A stretch of 64,000 nucleotides of DNA from Gemmatimonadales bacterium (GTDB lineage: Bacteria > Gemmatimonadota > Gemmatimonadetes > Gemmatimonadales > GWC2-71-9), in contig JBBQFH010000010.1 of NCBI GenBank assembly GCA_038321865.1, positions 1 through 64,000 of the forward strand, written 5' to 3'. The notes beneath the pieces are model-generated. The model searched no databases. It was not told the DNA's origin and was given only the letters and a program-made list of their open reading frames with translations. Positions 60,441-64,000 of this stretch are shown one piece after another. The position numbers and the translations under genes are program-made. Numbering within the stretch: the stretch's first letter is position 1; every line of letters begins with the position of its first letter.

Positions 60441-61057
60441 GCCCCCTCCTCGTTATTTCGCAAATCACGCATCAGCGCGGCGCTCATCGCCCGAAGCTCT
60501 TCCAGCATCTGGTGCCGCGGCCATTCATCCCGGGCCGCCAGCACCTCCTGCATCGAGCGGTACCACCAGAGGGTCTGCTCGATGGATGCCCGCGTGACGG
60601 TCCGCAGATACTCCGGTCCGAGGCGTCGGAGCGCGGTGCCGGTCCAGCCGCATCGCTGAATCTCGTCCGCCACGCAGATATCCAGTGCCCGGGGCTCAGC
60701 CTCGGCCAAGTGGACGAGGAACTCCTGCTTGCACGCACGCCACGGCCGCTCGCCGCCGCGGCCGTCGTAGCGGGGCTCCAGCGCGTCCATCACGACCCCC
60801 AGGACAACCGGCCCGAACTTGTCGGAGATCTTCCGCCGGAGCTCCTCGCGCTCATGGTCCTGTCCGGCCTCCTCCAGCGAGAGGTGCAGGATGCCGGCGA
60901 CCACCGTAACCTCGTCCGCACCGTAACGGGAGAGGATGACCGCGACGTTCGACGGCTGCGCCAGATACGCCATGCCCGCGGACTTGGGGACGCGGGAGTT
61001 GTAGTACTTGGCGGAGAAGGCGAATGCATGGCAGATGCGATCGGAGTAGCCGATCAT
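60437..61057 (-). CDS. HD-domain protein of RelA/SpoT-hydrolase (Mesh1/SAH) type, catalytically degenerate
   Basis: AFAFSAKYY..YLAQPSNVAVIL..VVAGILHLSLEE..KFGPVV..WRACKQEFL..ICVADEIQ follows the SAH layout, but HP is QP and HD is HL. Confidence 0.7.
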   Translation of the reverse strand: MIGYSDRICHAFAFSAKYYNSRVPKSAGMAYLAQPSNVAVILSRYGADEVTVVAGILHLSLEEAGQDHEREELRRKISDKFGPVVLGVVMDALEPRYDGRGGERPWRACKQEFLVHLAEAEPRALDICVADEIQRCGWTGTALRRLGPEYLRTVTRASIEQTLWWYRSMQEVLAARDEWPRHQMLEELRAMSAALMRDLRNNEEGA

Positions 61058-61090
61058 GGGGCCGTCGGTTCGGGTGAAGGTCGGCGGTGA

Positions 61091-61723
61091 CTACCGGATG
61101 CCCACAATCTTATGCGTCTGCAGGCTGAGTCTCCAGCGCGGGTGCTGCAGGCAGTAGCGCACGGCCGCCGCCGTATGCTCGTCGCGGTCGGGCCCGTCCA
61201 TCGGCTGGAGGTAGAAGTGGCGAAAGGCCTGCCGCTCGAACCGCTCCGGCTCGGCGCCGGGTTGCGGATAGACCAGCTTGATCTCGTCGGCCGAGGTCAC
61301 GAGCGTCGCCGCACCGGCCTTGGGACTCACGCAGACCCAGTCGAGGCCGGGCGGCACCGACAGGGTGCCGTTCGTCTCGACCGCCACCTCGAAACCAGCA
61401 GCGTGCAGCGCATCGATCAGCGGTGCGTCGAGCTGGAGCAGCGGCTCGCCGCCGGTGCACACGACCAGGGGGCGGCCTCCACCGCCGGGCCACGCGCCCG
61501 CCACTGCGCCGGCCAGTGACGCCGCCGAATCGTATCGGCCGCCCAGGGTCCCGTCCATCCCGAAGAAATCGGTGTCGCAGAATCGGCAGACCGCGGCTGC
61601 CCGGTCTTCTTCCCGCCCGGTCCACAGGTTGCAGCCGCTGAACCGGCAAAACACCGCCGCGCGGCCGGCGTTGGCCCCCTCGCCCTGCAGCGTGTAGAAG
61701 ATTTCCTTGACGGCGTAGCTCAT
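61091..61723 (-). CDS. queE: 7-carboxy-7-deazaguanine synthase (radical SAM, CX14CX2C type)
   Basis: [56 protein letters not shown]. Confidence 0.95.
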   Translation of the reverse strand: MSYAVKEIFYTLQGEGANAGRAAVFCRFSGCNLWTGREEDRAAAVCRFCDTDFFGMDGTLGGRYDSAASLAGAVAGAWPGGGGRPLVVCTGGEPLLQLDAPLIDALHAAGFEVAVETNGTLSVPPGLDWVCVSPKAGAATLVTSADEIKLVYPQPGAEPERFERQAFRHFYLQPMDGPDRDEHTAAAVRYCLQHPRWRLSLQTHKIVGIR

Positions 61724-62409
61724 GCGCGGTATCGAGTCGGATCGGGAACGCCGCTCTCGCGGAAGCCCCGCGCCCGCAGCAGGCAGGCATCACACGCCCC
61801 GCAGGCGGCGCCGTCCGGCGCCGCGTCGTAGCAGCTCACGGTCAGCGCGTAATCGACGCCGAGCGCCGCCCCTCGGCCGATGATCTGCGCCTTGCTCAGC
61901 TCCAGCAGCGGCGCCTGGATCCGGAACGCCGCGCCCTCGGCACCGGCGCGCGTCGCCAGCGCGGCGAGGCGCTCGAACGCGCGGAGATACTCCGGCCGGC
62001 AGTCCGGGTAGCCGCTGTAGTCGAGGGCATTGGCCCCGATGAAGATGTCGGTCGCGCCGAGTACTTCCGCCCAGCCGAGTGCGAAGGCGAGGAAGATGGT
62101 GTTGCGGGCCGGGACGTAGGTGGACGGGATGTCGCCGCCGATCACGCTGACGGCTCGATGCTTCGGTACGGGGATGTCGGCCGTCAGCGCCGAGCCGCCG
62201 ATGGCCCGGAGATCCGCATCGAGGACCAGGTGGCGCGTGATGCCGAGCGCAGCGGCGACGCGGCACGCGGCATCGAGCTCCGCGGCGTGGCGCTGCCCGT
62301 ACCGAAAGCTGAGCGCGGCCACGTCGAAGCCGTCCGCCAGGGCGATGGCGGCAACGGTGGCGGAGTCGAGCCCTCCGGACAGGAGCACGACGGCTGATGG
62401 GGGGCGCAT
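61720..62409 (-). CDS. queC: 7-cyano-7-deazaguanine synthase
   Basis: [47 protein letters not shown]. Confidence 0.95.
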   Translation of the reverse strand: MRPPSAVVLLSGGLDSATVAAIALADGFDVAALSFRYGQRHAAELDAACRVAAALGITRHLVLDADLRAIGGSALTADIPVPKHRAVSVIGGDIPSTYVPARNTIFLAFALGWAEVLGATDIFIGANALDYSGYPDCRPEYLRAFERLAALATRAGAEGAAFRIQAPLLELSKAQIIGRGAALGVDYALTVSCYDAAPDGAACGACDACLLRARGFRESGVPDPTRYRA

Positions 62410-62437
62410 GGCGCGAAAAGTAATCGCGCCCCGCGCC

Positions 62438-63811
62438 TCACCGGCCCAGTTCGAACCTGAGCGCGGACTCGATCGTCGGCTGCCGGAACTGATAACCCGA
62501 TCTCATCAGCGCCGCGGCGCTGAGCCGCTGGCTCGCCAGCAGCGCCGCATCGGCCAGTTCGCCGAACAGCAGCCGCAGCGCGAAGGCCGGAACCGGCACC
62601 AGCGCCGGCCGCCGCAGCACGCGTCCCAGGATCCGCGTGAACTCGGCGTTCCGCACCGGCTCAGGGCATGCCACGTTGACCGGACCGCGGAGCGCCGGTG
62701 TGAACAGCGCATGATGCAGCGCGCCGATCGCGTCGTGAAGGGACACGCCACTCATCCATTGCCGCCCGGATCCGATCGGCCCGCCCACCCCGGCTCGGAA
62801 CGCCGGCAGCTGCTTGGCCAGCGCGCCTCCCGCGGGAGAGAGGACGATGCCGAAACGCGGATGCACGACGCGGATTCCGGCGGCCGCAGCCGGCTCAGCG
62901 GCGGCTTCCCAGGCCTGGCAGACGGTCGCGAGGAAGTCACTCCCCAGGCGGGACGATTCATCCAGCAGCTCATCGCCACGGTCGCCGTAGATACCCATCG
63001 CGGAGGCGGACACGAGCACCGACGGCGGCCGGTCGAGGCCGGCCAGGGCCTCCGCGAGCAGTCGCGTTCCCTGCACGCGGCTGTCGAGAATGGCACGCTT
63101 GCGGTCGCCGCTCCACCGCCGGTCCGCGATCCCCTCGCCCGCGAGATGGACGACGGCATCGACGTCCCGCAGCGCTTCCCGGTCGATACGCGCCGCCGCG
63201 GGATCCCACTGGATTTCTTCCGGTGACCGGGACGAACGGCGCACCAGGCGGCTGATCCGGTGTCCGCCGGTGCTCAGGAAGGCCGAGAGCGCCGTACCGA
63301 TCGTCCCGGTGGCGCCGCTGATGGCGATGTGTCGCGGCCGGGACGGGTGCCGCTGGTGCGCGAGCACATCGTCCACGATCACTGCGTGCCGGTAGGCGAG
63401 GAGGCGTTCGACGGAGTGCGTGAGGGCGCCGGTCGCGATGGCGCCCAATGCGCCGAACGGAGCGGTGAACGCGATCCGCTCATGGAGGTCGGCGGCGTCG
63501 GGCCCGGCCGGGATCATCTCGTGCAGGTGTGTCCACGATCCGAACGGGCCCTCGACCTGCTCGTCGGTGAAACCGCGCCCTGGCAGCACATCGCGATGGC
63601 GGGCCACCCAGCGCACCGGCACGGGGCCCACCTCCAGCTCGAGCACGACGGTCGATCCATTCTCCAGGCCGCCGGTGCGCGACACCACTCGCACGCGCTC
63701 CCATGGCGGTGCCAGCCGTTCCAGCGCCCCGGGCCGCTGATGCCACGCATACAGCTCGGCCGCGGAGCAGGGGACGCGGGTCGTGCGTTCGACGATGGTT
63801 TCGGCAGCCAT
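62438..63811 (-). CDS. SRPBCC domain fused to TIGR01777 family NAD-dependent epimerase/oxidoreductase
   Basis: N-terminal [32 protein letters not shown], then [47 protein letters not shown]. Confidence 0.9.
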   Translation of the reverse strand: MAAETIVERTTRVPCSAAELYAWHQRPGALERLAPPWERVRVVSRTGGLENGSTVVLELEVGPVPVRWVARHRDVLPGRGFTDEQVEGPFGSWTHLHEMIPAGPDAADLHERIAFTAPFGALGAIATGALTHSVERLLAYRHAVIVDDVLAHQRHPSRPRHIAISGATGTIGTALSAFLSTGGHRISRLVRRSSRSPEEIQWDPAAARIDREALRDVDAVVHLAGEGIADRRWSGDRKRAILDSRVQGTRLLAEALAGLDRPPSVLVSASAMGIYGDRGDELLDESSRLGSDFLATVCQAWEAAAEPAAAAGIRVVHPRFGIVLSPAGGALAKQLPAFRAGVGGPIGSGRQWMSGVSLHDAIGALHHALFTPALRGPVNVACPEPVRNAEFTRILGRVLRRPALVPVPAFALRLLFGELADAALLASQRLSAAALMRSGYQFRQPTIESALRFELGR

Positions 63812-63892
63812 GATGCCTTCGCTCCTCGGGTGCGTCGATTGCGTGCGCGGCGTCGGACGGTAACTTGAGCCATCTCTCCTACGGAGCACGGC

Positions 63893-64000
63893 ATGATGCG
63901 GTTGCCCGGTCGCCTGACGCTCGCGCTCGTCTGTCTCGTTGCGCCCGCCGCGTACGCCCAGCGCGGCGCGGCGAGCGCGCCGCCTTCCGCCTTTCGACAG
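63893..64000 (+). CDS. 5' fragment of a secreted protein (truncated by window end)
   Basis: GGAG RBS; MMRLPGRLTLALVCLVAPAAYA-Q Sec signal; open to the end of the window. Confidence 0.55.
   Translation, partial: MMRLPGRLTLALVCLVAPAAYAQRGAASAPPSAFRQ

Noticed and set aside
61091..62409. queC/queE as a defence or DNA-modification system (Qat, Dpd, CBASS type IV)
   Set aside because: Both are canonical-length housekeeping enzymes, with no dpdA, TatD, ATPase or cyclase partner nearby.

Overview
GC-rich bacterial chromosomal window. Gene content and signal-peptide style suggest Gemmatimonadota, which is an inference not confirmed by any search. I saw no integrase, transposase, phage gene or CRISPR array. 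Most of the window is housekeeping: tRNA-Pro(GGG), FKBP, hutUIG, aguAB, a GH57-based glycogen locus, ettA, thrBC, pntAB, a compact sigma-70, acnA, an Fe3+-type ABC transporter, infA, csp and queCE. Five things stand out. (1) A chaperone-usher-like pilus locus at 1.6-7.2 kb has a sigma-54-type promoter, four paralogous DUF4402-like pilins (the last lacks the donor strand), a chaperone and an atypical usher. (2) An exported peroxiredoxin-like selenoprotein is split into two ORFs by the track; it has an in-frame UGA at the peroxidatic position and a SECIS-like hairpin (29402-29974). (3) An unannotated ~110-nt structured sRNA has its own promoter and terminator (58817-58928). (4) A GAF-GGDEF / ABATE-CGNR / pseudokinase-kinase signalling operon. 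(5) A catalytically degenerate alarmone-hydrolase-like HD protein is coupled to a 5'-nucleotidase. Family assignments come from motif recognition by eye; no database searches were run.
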